NCBI GenBank assembly: GCA_963701295.1
Contig: OY969585.1
Span: forward strand, 3,296,001 to 3,360,000
DNA: 64,000 bases
DNA from: Ignavibacteriota bacterium
GTDB taxonomy: Bacteria > Bacteroidota > Ignavibacteria > UBA10030
Direction of reading: 5' to 3'
Position 1 is the stretch's first letter; each line of letters starts with the position of its first letter. A program made the translations under genes and the position numbers. Under the pieces are notes generated by a model, which was not told the DNA's origin, searched no databases, and was given only the letters and a program-made list of their open reading frames with translations. Of this stretch, positions 41,461 to 51,248 are shown piece after piece.

Positions 41461-43584
41461 TCATTTCAGCAAAACAAGTTTCTTTGTTTCAGTGAACGAA
41501 CCAGCTTGCAACCGATAGAAATAAATGCCGCTGGACAAATCAGACGCATTCCATTTTCGAGAGTAATTTCCAACCTGCATTTCTTCTGACACAAGTGTTG
41601 CTACTTCTCTTCCTATCAAATCAAATACTTTGAGTGATACATACGATTTATAGGGAAGATTGAACGAAATGCTTGTTGATGGATTAAAGGGATTGGGATA
41701 GTTTTGATCAAGGCAATACTTTTGAGCAATATATGCATTGCCGGTTTTCTTTTCATCTACTGATACTGCAAAACCACCATCTGTTGTGTGCAGAATTGTA
41801 CCGTACCATCCCACAACTGTTCCTGTATTAGCAGAGATGAAGGAAACTCCGAAGAGAGTATTGTTTGTTCCACTTGACTGGCTCGTCCAAGTTGTACCAC
41901 CATTCGTTGTGTGCAGAATGGTTCCCCCATCTCCTACTAAAGTCCCTGTGTTCGCATCGCTGAAGCAGATGCCTTCAAGGTCATTCGTTGTACCGCTTGA
42001 TTGCTTCGTCCAAGTTATTCCACCGTTGGTAGTGTGGAGAATTGTTCCACTACTTCCCACGGCAGTTCCTGTGTTTGCATCGGTGAAGGAAACTCCTAAA
42101 AGAGTATTGCTTGTCCCGCTTGACTGGCTTGTCCAACTTGAACCTCCATCGGTAGTACGAAGAATTGTGCCATTGTCGCCCACCACAGCACCATTGCTTA
42201 GATCAGTAAACGAGACACCATAAAATGAATTGATAATTGGAAAATTGGATTTGGTTGTCCACGTTGTACCGCCATTGGTGGTTTGGAGAATTGTTCCGTT
42301 TGTTCCCACAATAGTTCCGAAGTTAACATTGGGAAAGGATATTGCATCGAGAGAATTCGTTGTGTCACTTGATTGCTTCGTCCAAGTTGTTCCTTCATTA
42401 GTGGTGTGGAGAATCGTTCCGCTGCTTCCTACGACAGTCCCGGTATTTGAATCGGTGAAAGAGACTCCTCTAAGCGCAAGCGTTGTGCTACTTGATTGCT
42501 TCGTCCAAGTTATTCCACCGTTGGTAGTGTGGAGAATTGTTCCACTACTTCCCACAGCAGTCCCAATGTTTGCATCTGTAAAGAAAACGCTGTTCAGATG
42601 ATATCGATAGTTATTTATTCCACTTGATTGACTCGTCCAACTTGAACCACCGTTGGTAGAACGAAGAATAATTCCGCCCTCTCCTACAACAGTTCCTGTG
42701 TTTGCATCGGTGAAGGACACAGCATTGAGAGACAGGTTTGTTCCGCTTAATTGGCTCGCCCACGTTGCACCACCGTTTGTAGTGTGGAAAATTATTCCAC
42801 CATTTCCGACGATAGTTCCGGTATTTGCATCGTTGAAGGACACAGCATTGAGAAACAGGCCTGTTCCGATCGACTGGCTCGCCCATGTTGTACCACCGTT
42901 GGTTGTACGAAGAACTGTTCCCATTTCTCCTGTCGCAATTCCAACGTCTGCATTGAGAAACAAGACATCGTATAGAAAAAACGTTGTTCCACTTATCTGG
43001 CTTGTCCACGTTCCGCCGCCATTTGTGGTATGAAGAATCTTTCCTAACATTCCCACAACAGTTGCTGTGTTTGAATCGACGAAGAAGATTTTAAAGAGAA
43101 TATTCGTCGTTCCACTTGACTGGCTCGTCCAAGTTGTACCACCATTCGTTGTGTGCAGAATGGTTCCCCCATCTCCTACTAAAGTCCCTGTGTTCGCATC
43201 GCTGAAGCAGATGCCTTCAAGGTCATTCGTTGTACCGCTTGATTGCTTCGTCCAAGTTATTCCACCGTTGGTAGTGTGGAGAATTGTTCCACTACTTCCC
43301 ACGGCAGTTCCTGTGTTTGCATCGGTGAAGGAAACTCCTAAAAGAGTATTGCTTGTCCCGCTTGACTGGCTTGTCCAACTTGAACCTCCATCGGTAGTAC
43401 GAAGAATTGTGCCATTGTCGCCCACCACAAATCCAGTGTTGGCATCGATGAAGAAAATTGCATCGAGATGATTCCCCTGCGGTAATGGGTTTTGCCAATT
43501 CCATCCGGATTGAGCATGCAAGCTGCAGAAAGATAAAAATATTTTGGAAAGTAGAAGAGCAAAAAAAATGAAAGGATTTTTCAT
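41461..43584 (-). CDS. YCF48/BNR-repeat beta-propeller protein with T9SS type A C-terminal sorting domain (cassette gene)
   Basis: About 14 repeats of ~41 aa (L..V.F.D.NTG..VG..GTIL.TTNGG.TW) and C-terminal QNYPNPFNPST...SGIYFYRL...KKLVLLK. Confidence 0.92.
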   Translation of the reverse strand: MKNPFIFFALLLSKIFLSFCSLHAQSGWNWQNPLPQGNHLDAIFFIDANTGFVVGDNGTILRTTDGGSSWTSQSSGTSNTLLGVSFTDANTGTAVGSSGTILHTTNGGITWTKQSSGTTNDLEGICFSDANTGTLVGDGGTILHTTNGGTTWTSQSSGTTNILFKIFFVDSNTATVVGMLGKILHTTNGGGTWTSQISGTTFFLYDVLFLNADVGIATGEMGTVLRTTNGGTTWASQSIGTGLFLNAVSFNDANTGTIVGNGGIIFHTTNGGATWASQLSGTNLSLNAVSFTDANTGTVVGEGGIILRSTNGGSSWTSQSSGINNYRYHLNSVFFTDANIGTAVGSSGTILHTTNGGITWTKQSSSTTLALRGVSFTDSNTGTVVGSSGTILHTTNEGTTWTKQSSDTTNSLDAISFPNVNFGTIVGTNGTILQTTNGGTTWTTKSNFPIINSFYGVSFTDLSNGAVVGDNGTILRTTDGGSSWTSQSSGTSNTLLGVSFTDANTGTAVGSSGTILHTTNGGITWTKQSSGTTNDLEGICFSDANTGTLVGDGGTILHTTNGGTTWTSQSSGTNNTLFGVSFISANTGTVVGWYGTILHTTDGGFAVSVDEKKTGNAYIAQKYCLDQNYPNPFNPSTSISFNLPYKSYVSLKVFDLIGREVATLVSEEMQVGNYSRKWNASDLSSGIYFYRLQAGSFTETKKLVLLK
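41867..43429. repeat. Exact 321-bp intragenic direct repeat (41867-42187 and 43109-43429)
   Basis: Identical by eye over the full length; a third ~65-bp identical piece lies at about 42491-42555. Confidence 0.85.
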
Positions 43585-43615
43585 TGCATCTCCTAAATAT
43601 TGACTAAAGGGCAAT

Positions 43616-43645
43616 TGCATCCTAACTACTGATTAGATAGAAATT
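43616..43645 (-). other. Candidate attI-like site at the head of the cassette array
   Basis: Minus strand TTTCTATCTAA-TCAGTA-GTTAGGATGC. The post-crossover sequence matches the first cassette's R'' at 8/10 (GCATCCTAAC vs GCGCCCTAAC). Confidence 0.45.
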
Positions 43646-43981
43646 GTTTCTCTATCATACAAAAAATGCATGAAACATAGACTTTTAAAAAAAATTTATA
43701 ATTCTTGCGCTCGCCAACAATAAGTACTTACATCTACTAGTGCTACTTCAAATAGGAAATATTGTAATCAAAAAGACACAGTCCCGCGAAAACAGTGCGC
43801 AAACATAACCGAAACACAATTTTATTGAAACGACACTAGATTAAACGGTTTGTCCATTTTCCACATTAAATACCACCCACTGGAAATACCTTATAGTATA
43901 AATATCTGTCTTCCTCTACTTAAAAGCAAGATATCTAGTATTCCTCTACTCATACTTTACACTGGGACGACCTTGCTCTGA

Positions 43982-44450
43982 ATTCCCGTGTGTGCGGGAA
44001 TGGCACAAAACTTTTATTTTCTTTTACATCAGCCGCGAAATCGATAGCTGTAAACAAAATCAGGACAAAGTAACTCCTATTCGATCCTGTATCGGTATCT
44101 TAAACGAACTTCCTTTCTAGTCCGTTATAGTAATTCACTCTTAAGATTATATATTTCGATTCCGTCCGACTGCCGGTCGGCAGTCAAGATCTCGACTCTA
44201 TCAAGACGAGACTTCAACGAAGTTGGGCAGAACTTTCTGCCTGTCCTTCACTTCGCGTTTTTGCGTCGCACTGTTGTTAAGCGAGATTAAGGAGAGATGT
44301 CGAGATGCACGATTAGTTCATTGAGACAGCTTGCCCGCCGTGCTTTTCTTTTGGTGGGAGGGGTCGCTTTGCGCTCAAAGAAAGCGACGTTAAGTTTATA
44401 TTCAAAAATTTTAGAGTAAGATTCCCGTTCCCCGTTTTCACGGGAATGAC
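43982..44450. repeat. Two ATTCCC-N8-GGGAAT(GAC)-type palindromic repeats plus further hairpins
   Basis: ATTCCC-GTGTGTGC-GGGAAT (43982-44001); GATTCCC[GTTCCCC]GTTTTCACGGGAATGAC (44420-44450); GACTGCCG-GT-CGGCAGTC (44168-44185). Confidence 0.6.
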
Positions 44451-44496
44451 TTGAATGTTGACGTGTGATTTGCTGGATGAGTCGCGAACAGGCAAA

Positions 44497-45303
44497 CTAC
44501 TTAACAGCAATTCCTTTGAAAAAAGTGTAATTGAAAGTACCATTTTCTCCAGCCGTGACATGCAAATCTGCAATTCCCTGTTCCCATGTCTTGAGATCGA
44601 TCATTCCGTTCTTGAGTGCCTGGTCTTTAGCCCCTTCCACCATTGTGTTAAATGTGTTTTTTGTAAATCCATCGACCCATTCCGGCCTGCTCGAATCTAC
44701 ATAAACTTGTCGTGGTGTTATATGAATGTCCCTGAACCCCGCTTGCTTTATTAATGGATACAGTTGCCGTCCGATGAAGGCATTTCCTCCCATATCCGAC
44801 TGAACTTTCACCAAACAATCGATCGCTTGTTGAGCGAATTGGCTCTCAGGGTAAAAATAAGCCGACCCATGATCGCCTTCTATAACTGTGATAGTACCTC
44901 CGGGTTTTAAAACCATCTTCAGTTGCTTCAACGCTTCAAGCGGCTTTCGAAGATGCTCCAGGAGAAAGCAAACGAAAACATGATCAAACCAATCCGCTTC
45001 AAAAGGAAGATGGAAAACATCAGCTGTACAAAATTTCACATTCGATAAACCTTGTTGTTCAATGGAGGTTCGAGCAGTTTCAAGAGACACAGGTGAAACA
45101 TCGATTGATGTAAAATGTGCTTCCGGGCTCTTTTGAGCCAGGATGATCGTTTGTGCTCCTACACCGCATCCGGCTTCAAGCACGTTGTTCCCTGCCGGAT
45201 AGAACGTGTCGTGATGTAACAATTCTGCCAATACATTTGCTTGGTATTTGAGACGTTCGTGTTCCCTGTCAGAGTAGCCGTGAACATAGTCGTGTGATTT
45301 CAT
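44497..45303 (-). CDS. Class I SAM-dependent methyltransferase
   Basis: VLEAGCGVG, LPF...FDHV, LKPGG. Confidence 0.9.
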   Translation of the reverse strand: MKSHDYVHGYSDREHERLKYQANVLAELLHHDTFYPAGNNVLEAGCGVGAQTIILAQKSPEAHFTSIDVSPVSLETARTSIEQQGLSNVKFCTADVFHLPFEADWFDHVFVCFLLEHLRKPLEALKQLKMVLKPGGTITVIEGDHGSAYFYPESQFAQQAIDCLVKVQSDMGGNAFIGRQLYPLIKQAGFRDIHITPRQVYVDSSRPEWVDGFTKNTFNTMVEGAKDQALKNGMIDLKTWEQGIADLHVTAGENGTFNYTFFKGIAVK

Positions 45304-45408
45304 TCTTCCTCGTAATAATATATGATGGAAATAAACTTCAGATTAGACGGACGTTATTTCTTGTTGTTCCAATAGAGAATTAGGAATCAACATTTTATGG
45401 AGGGCAGC

Positions 45409-46650
45409 TTACTCGTACCGCAGCGATTCAACCGGATCTACACTTGCTGCTTTACGTGCAGGAAACACTCCTGCTGCAAGTCCTATAGCGGTCAAAATGC
45501 CAACAGTAATCAATACAAGAGAGATGGAGAGAACGGGCCGTCCGACGAATTGCATCGCCCCTTCTTCTGCAGGAATCATCCAAACGATGGAAACTACAGC
45601 ATAACAGAAGAGAATTCCAATGGCACCGCCTGACAGCGATAACAGTAATGATTCAAAAATAAATTGCGATAAAATATAGCTTCGTCGTGCACCAACAGCC
45701 AATTTGATACCAATTTCTTTCGTACGTTCTTTGACGACCACATACATCACATTGGCAACTCCTACACCCGCAATGACAAGTGTAAGAAAACCGATAGAAA
45801 AAAGGAAAATTGAAACACCAAGCCCAATTTTTTGACTTATCTTTTCGGCTTCAATAAAATCCCAGACGAAAAGCGCTCGTTCATCTTTCGGATCGAATCG
45901 ATACTTTCTTCCAAGGACATCATAGAGTGAACTTTTCACAAACTCTTGCCGAGTCGGATCGCTAGGTTGAAGGACTATCGAGTTGACAAATTCATTTCCG
46001 TACGATGTCCGAAACGTTGTATATGGAATGATGGCACGGCGCGTGTCAGGGCCATTGTTCATTGCTGTTTGAACTTTTTTTTGAATGAGGCCGACCACAG
46101 TATAAGGAACACCATCGAGAAGGATGCCTTTCCCTATCGGATCCTCATCCTTAAATATATCTTTTGCAATCGCCGTTCCGAGAACCAGGACCCTCCGCTG
46201 ACGGTTCACATCAACGTCATTGAGGAATCGGCCGCCTCCGGACGGGTACATCCGGCGCATTTCTTCAAAGCATGGATTCACGCCTTCACATTCCGCCGTG
46301 ATAGAAAATTTTCCATACGTGAGGGTGACATTATTCCGATATTGCGGAGAGATCATCCCAATTCCCATTACTGTTTTGGTGATAAGGTCAACGTCCTCTT
46401 CAACAAATCGAATTTTTCTTCCTTTCGGCAGCCCTTGATACACCAGCCCCGTTTCACCGCCGTATATTATAATAATACGATTTCCAGCGTTCATCATCCC
46501 TTTGAGCATTTGAGTTCCCAGCCCTTCGCCAAAGGAAAGCAGAAGAACTACAGCGATTGTTCCCCATGTGATAGCGATCAGTGTTAAGGTTGCACGAGTG
46601 CGGTGTGCACGAAGATCGGAAATGAAATCTTTGAATAGTTCGAAAAACAT
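45409..46650 (-). CDS. MacB/FtsX-family ABC permease
   Basis: GGRFLN, GVANVM, ERTKEIGIKLAVGA, PARKAA..DPVESLRYE. Confidence 0.92.
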   Translation of the reverse strand: MFFELFKDFISDLRAHRTRATLTLIAITWGTIAVVLLLSFGEGLGTQMLKGMMNAGNRIIIIYGGETGLVYQGLPKGRKIRFVEEDVDLITKTVMGIGMISPQYRNNVTLTYGKFSITAECEGVNPCFEEMRRMYPSGGGRFLNDVDVNRQRRVLVLGTAIAKDIFKDEDPIGKGILLDGVPYTVVGLIQKKVQTAMNNGPDTRRAIIPYTTFRTSYGNEFVNSIVLQPSDPTRQEFVKSSLYDVLGRKYRFDPKDERALFVWDFIEAEKISQKIGLGVSIFLFSIGFLTLVIAGVGVANVMYVVVKERTKEIGIKLAVGARRSYILSQFIFESLLLSLSGGAIGILFCYAVVSIVWMIPAEEGAMQFVGRPVLSISLVLITVGILTAIGLAAGVFPARKAASVDPVESLRYE

Positions 46651-46686
46651 ATCTGTTTCTTTAAATACTTTTGATAAACCCTGCAG

Positions 46687-47919
46687 CTATGTCCGCAAAC
46701 ACTCGACGACATCAATATTGGATGCCCGGCGCGCAGGCATAAGTCCGGACAGCAATCCCACAGTGATAAGAACAAAAATTGTTACTCCCACAACTTCGAA
46801 AGACAACTCGGGTATCCCTACATACTCTTTGATAGGCATCATGCTCAGGAGTGCAACGATTCCATACGAGATCATAAAACCGATCGCTGACCCCGTAAAG
46901 ACAATAAAGAATGTCTCTGAAAAGAATTGAAACAAAATATTCGTTTTCGTTGCTCCAACTGCACGCTTCACTCCGATTTCTTTTATCCGTTCCTGTACAA
47001 CAATGAACATGATGTTTGCTACTCCAAGCCCAGCGACACCAAGTGTGAAACTGCCTATAAGTCCTAAGAAAATATTGATCCCAAGAAACATATAGAATGA
47101 GAGACGATCGAATTGAGTTGTATCCCAGATCCAGACGGCATCTTCATCTGTGGGATCGAATTTATACCGCTTGCTGAGCACCGTCCGTACTTCTTTTGTC
47201 GTCTGTTCTCCCAGCCGTGGATCTTTGATCTGGTAAATGATATCGCTGAGATGGATTGTACCGTAGATCGAAGCAAAAGTTGATATTGGTATGAAAATCC
47301 GATCCTGATCGCGGCTATTATAGGAAGAGGGCTGCGTTTTTTTTTGCATAACACCTATGATCATAAATGGAACCTGACCGATAAAAACCGTCTTACCGAT
47401 AACATTCTGGTCTCCAAAGAGTAATTCTTTCACCTTATCGCCGATGACAGCGACGCGTCGCCGATCCTGAAGATCCAGAATATTGATAAAGCGCCCTCCC
47501 GCTTCAGGAATGATATTCCGCATATCACTGTAGACAACGTTCACTCCTGAAATGGTTGGATTCAAAATGTTCTCACCAACTCGTGCAGTTGTCTGTCGAG
47601 AAAACTCAGGACTAATAGCAAAGACATTGGGTACTTGTGATGCAATGAGTTTTGTATCTTCTTCGATGTACGATATAGGCCTTCCGATCCCGTATCCTGC
47701 CCATGGTTTTGTCGTCTTCCCTGGAAACATGATGGCAATTCCTTCTCCGATGCCGTGCATATTCGCCGCAGTTTGCTTCTTGAATCCGACACCGAACGCT
47801 ACGAGCACAACAATAGCGACGGTTCCCCAGATGATTCCGAACATCGTCAGAAATGCCCGGAGCTTCTGCGCCCGAAGGTCAACAATGAATTCTGAAATGA
47901 CTGTGCGAAATTTTTCCAT
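46687..47919 (-). CDS. MacB/FtsX-family ABC permease
   Basis: GGRFIN, GVANIM, ERIKEIGVKRAVGA, PARRAS. Confidence 0.92.
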   Translation of the reverse strand: MEKFRTVISEFIVDLRAQKLRAFLTMFGIIWGTVAIVVLVAFGVGFKKQTAANMHGIGEGIAIMFPGKTTKPWAGYGIGRPISYIEEDTKLIASQVPNVFAISPEFSRQTTARVGENILNPTISGVNVVYSDMRNIIPEAGGRFINILDLQDRRRVAVIGDKVKELLFGDQNVIGKTVFIGQVPFMIIGVMQKKTQPSSYNSRDQDRIFIPISTFASIYGTIHLSDIIYQIKDPRLGEQTTKEVRTVLSKRYKFDPTDEDAVWIWDTTQFDRLSFYMFLGINIFLGLIGSFTLGVAGLGVANIMFIVVQERIKEIGVKRAVGATKTNILFQFFSETFFIVFTGSAIGFMISYGIVALLSMMPIKEYVGIPELSFEVVGVTIFVLITVGLLSGLMPARRASNIDVVECLRT

Positions 47920-47937
47920 CGTTTCTTTGAAGAATTC

Positions 47938-49035
47938 TCAGTCGATCTTTTTCACCGGCTTTTCAAATATTTCGTCTCCTTCTTTCAAACCAGAGACAAT
48001 TTCGATATTAATTGCATCGCTGAGTCCGGTCTTGATGCACCGCTTCTCATCTTTTTGCCCACTGAAAGCAACATTCACGAACGCAGAATCGTTGCTGAAT
48101 GTGATAACTCGCTCAGGAATCGTCAGTACATTAGTTTTCTTTTGAATGATAATGCTGGCGTTCGCAGAATAACCGGCACGGAGAATGGTATTCTTTGAGG
48201 CAGGAACAATAATTTCGATCGGGAAAACCGTCGCATTATCTTTCTTTTCTGCTTTCAGCCAGATCTTTCGGAGAATTCCCCGTACAGTATCACTCGGTAA
48301 AGCCCCTACTTTGATCTCAACATCCATGCCTTCTTTCATTTTTCCGACATCGATCTCATCGACAGTACCCTTGAAGACAAGCCGATCCATATTTGCCATT
48401 TTCATCAATACCGTTCCGTCCTGATAGGGTGTCATTGGAGTGATGGGATCGCCGACCTCAATAGTCCGATTGAGGACATAGCCCGATATAGGAGCTTTCA
48501 CAATAGACTCAATTTCGGTATCTCCGATCTTAATTCTTCCGCTTTCCATCAAAGCGAGTTTTTCTTCAGCTATTTTTAAATGAAGCCCGGACTCCTCATA
48601 CTGTGTTTCGAAATCTTCAAAATCTTTATCCGAAATGAGTTTATTTTTGATCATACTGTCCTGACGCACCTTCTGTTTCTTGAAGTTGTTCAAATCCACC
48701 TGGCTAAGCTGCACTTGCCGTTTTGCATCGGCAAGATCGACCGGCGCCGGATCAGGCTTTACTTCCAGAAGCGGCTGGCCAATCTTCACATATTCACCCA
48801 CATCCACATAAATGTGACTTATGACTCCGGATATTATCGATTTTACAGAAATTTCATTTTCTGGTTCGATTGTTCCGACGGCAAGTGCTTTATCAACAAT
48901 GGTTCCTTTGGTCACTTTGACCTTTGGCCGATCGTTTTGGTCGGAAGATTTATTGCTGCCAAAGAAAAGAAAAGCCGCGCCGCCTATTACGATAACGACA
49001 ATCGAAGAGAGGATAATTTTCTTTTTCATAGTCAT
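47938..49035 (-). CDS. Efflux periplasmic adaptor (MacA-like)
   Basis: N-terminal TM, lipoyl half-motifs, VDEIDV, EIVSGLKEGD. Confidence 0.9.
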   Translation of the reverse strand: MTMKKKIILSSIVVIVIGGAAFLFFGSNKSSDQNDRPKVKVTKGTIVDKALAVGTIEPENEISVKSIISGVISHIYVDVGEYVKIGQPLLEVKPDPAPVDLADAKRQVQLSQVDLNNFKKQKVRQDSMIKNKLISDKDFEDFETQYEESGLHLKIAEEKLALMESGRIKIGDTEIESIVKAPISGYVLNRTIEVGDPITPMTPYQDGTVLMKMANMDRLVFKGTVDEIDVGKMKEGMDVEIKVGALPSDTVRGILRKIWLKAEKKDNATVFPIEIIVPASKNTILRAGYSANASIIIQKKTNVLTIPERVITFSNDSAFVNVAFSGQKDEKRCIKTGLSDAINIEIVSGLKEGDEIFEKPVKKID

Positions 49036-49310
49036 TGGACGGAAGTGTTTAGTATAACTGATTGTGCTGTTTAATTTCAAAAATCTTCTAAAGAATGTAC
49101 CTAAGATACGTTATTGTGAAGTCTTAAGTTGCTACATCCTCAAAATTTCTTTATTCAAATGAAGGGCAGTCGTTTCCGTTATCTTTGACTTTCAGATGTT
49201 CAAAAAGGTTGTGAGAAAACGACCGTTATTACAGCCGTTTGTTTTTTGATACAAAAGAGCACATCCGGCATCGATAACCCAGCACAGGAGAATAGAAGTG
49301 ACTTTGTTCT

Positions 49311-49601
49311 TTATTTCTTTATTTGTTTTAGTATTGCTTTTCTTTTGTCCGTAAAATGCCACCAGGGCAATGCCGTACCGTCGTTTACAAAACTTATTGC
49401 GGACATAAATACATCGACAACGCACGGATCCTGCCTTTTTCCTTTAAGGCTGCAAAGCGTATAATAAAGAGCAATCGCATCTTTACCGCGAAGATCCTCC
49501 GGCGTGTGTATTCCGAGAAACTTAAGGTCTGCTTTAATGGATTTCCCTATATTTGGCAAATCACTAAGTTCTTTTACATTTTTAAATGTCTTTTTGGCCA
49601 T
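49311..49601 (-). CDS. Helix-hairpin-helix protein (Cdd1/mitomycin-resistance-like)
   Basis: LPNIGKS...LGI...DL...LY..LC...G.RQDPCV.DVF...PWW. Confidence 0.8.
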   Translation of the reverse strand: MAKKTFKNVKELSDLPNIGKSIKADLKFLGIHTPEDLRGKDAIALYYTLCSLKGKRQDPCVVDVFMSAISFVNDGTALPWWHFTDKRKAILKQIKK

Positions 49602-49652
49602 ATGGTTTCTTTGCTTTATCTATCATGCATGTGGAGTACAAATGACATACTA

Positions 49653-50156
49653 TCACATCTGTTCTATTTGCCGGAGATGATGCTGAAGATGCCCCAAATA
49701 ATCAACGACAATATATCCGATTGTCAACGGTTCGCCGGAACCAATCGTGCATGGGATCAGTAAACATTCTGTCGGCATGTGGTTGAGAATGTGTGCGAGA
49801 TGGATATTATATACCTTCCAAAAAGCCAGCAATTCTTTCCATGTGCGTGAGCCGTACTGTTGTATGTTTACCCACTCTTTCTGTTCATAAGAAGGAAGGT
49901 TTATGGTTTTCAAATACTGTGCACGGACGAAACGCTGATGGTTGTTGGAAGCGGAGTCTATGAGATGTCCTAGAATTTCTTTACGTGACCATTTACCTGA
50001 TTGGGGTTTCATAGACGTTTTTGCTTCATCCATATTTTCAAAGCGCCCGGCAAAATCTTCAACAGTCTTTCTGATCCCATCGGCAATCTTTCCCGGAATC
50101 GTGGATTGATCTTCAAGAATATCAATGAAATGTTCAATTGGATATTTTGTTTTCAT
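49653..50156 (-). CDS. DinB family protein
   Basis: KWSRKEILGHLIDSASNNHQRF...DYLGHLQHHL. Confidence 0.88.
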   Translation of the reverse strand: MKTKYPIEHFIDILEDQSTIPGKIADGIRKTVEDFAGRFENMDEAKTSMKPQSGKWSRKEILGHLIDSASNNHQRFVRAQYLKTINLPSYEQKEWVNIQQYGSRTWKELLAFWKVYNIHLAHILNHMPTECLLIPCTIGSGEPLTIGYIVVDYLGHLQHHLRQIEQM

Positions 50157-50198
50157 AAAGCCTTTCGTAGTAACAATACCAGACAACTATTTTCAAAA

Positions 50199-50606
50199 TC
50201 ACCTTACTCCCTTAGTGTCAAGATATTGTGAATATTTCTTATCAATGACGAGAACGTGATCGTAATACCACTTTGCCAGAAATGCAACCATTTCTTTCTG
50301 CTTTTCCGGTCCCTTCTCTTTTATTTCTTGTGTCATCGTCGTTACTTTTTTGATGAAATCAAGATGTTTCCCGATGTGCGATGGTAAATCCGGATACAGG
50401 TGTTTGATCATGTACCGCTCTTCGGTCGCAAAATGTCTGTACGCGTGGTGGATAAGAGAATCAACGATGGAAGATGTTGCTTGCCATTCATTTTTCTTTT
50501 CAACGGATGTGACGATTTGGTTGAAGATGTCTAATAATACTTTGTGCTGCTCATCGATCTCCTGCACATCGATTTTGAACTGTTCTTTCCATTGTATCGG
50601 CTGCAT
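50199..50606 (-). CDS. Bacteriohemerythrin
   Basis: IDEQH, HFATEE, H...H, WYYDHVLVID. Confidence 0.92.
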   Translation of the reverse strand: MQPIQWKEQFKIDVQEIDEQHKVLLDIFNQIVTSVEKKNEWQATSSIVDSLIHHAYRHFATEERYMIKHLYPDLPSHIGKHLDFIKKVTTMTQEIKEKGPEKQKEMVAFLAKWYYDHVLVIDKKYSQYLDTKGVR

Positions 50607-51248
50607 TCCAAACCCTCCTTGTTCAAGTTCTTTCCTGTAGTTTTGGGATTGTATGACAATACTTTTATTGTAAGAGAGCTCTTCTCATAATATTTCTTAT
50701 TCTGTTTTCTCATCCTCTATTTCTCATTTTTCATCTTTTACACTTTACTCTTCACTTTACAATCCTTACCAATTTACCTTTACTTAAGAATATAATAATT
50801 TTTGATTCAAGTTCGATGCATTGGGGAAAGACCTGTTTAGTTGCACTCAGTCAATCTATCATACTTATAACGCATGAATAATAGACTCGCATAAATGTTT
50901 TTTCATAAAATACTCAGTGCCACTAAAATTTGACGATGACGCAATGAAGAGCTGGTTTTCTGTGATGAATGTATCGGTTTTCTTTGGGGAAAGCAAGGGA
51001 AGAGACAGTCCATAACTATAAGTTATCAAGAGAGGCGGGCATCCAGCTTTAAGGTTCCACAAATACAGAAAGTGTGAAGTGTAAAGCGAACGAGCAGCAG
51101 CAATATCTATCATGCCATTTTCCCCTATGATGGCACGTCCAATATCAAATAGTGTTCAGGGAATGATATAAATTTGCGAGTGAATTGACAAAATCAATTC
51201 TTGTTTTGTGCAGACTTATTGAGCATCGCGCAAAATGTGTTTATCCTC

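Noticed and set aside
41780-43460. CRISPR-like periodic repeats
   Set aside because: They are in-frame ~123-bp protein repeats with no unique spacers, and no cas genes are present.
45409-49035. MacAB-like cluster without an ATPase
   Set aside because: The ATPase can be encoded elsewhere in the genome, and there is no sign of disruption.
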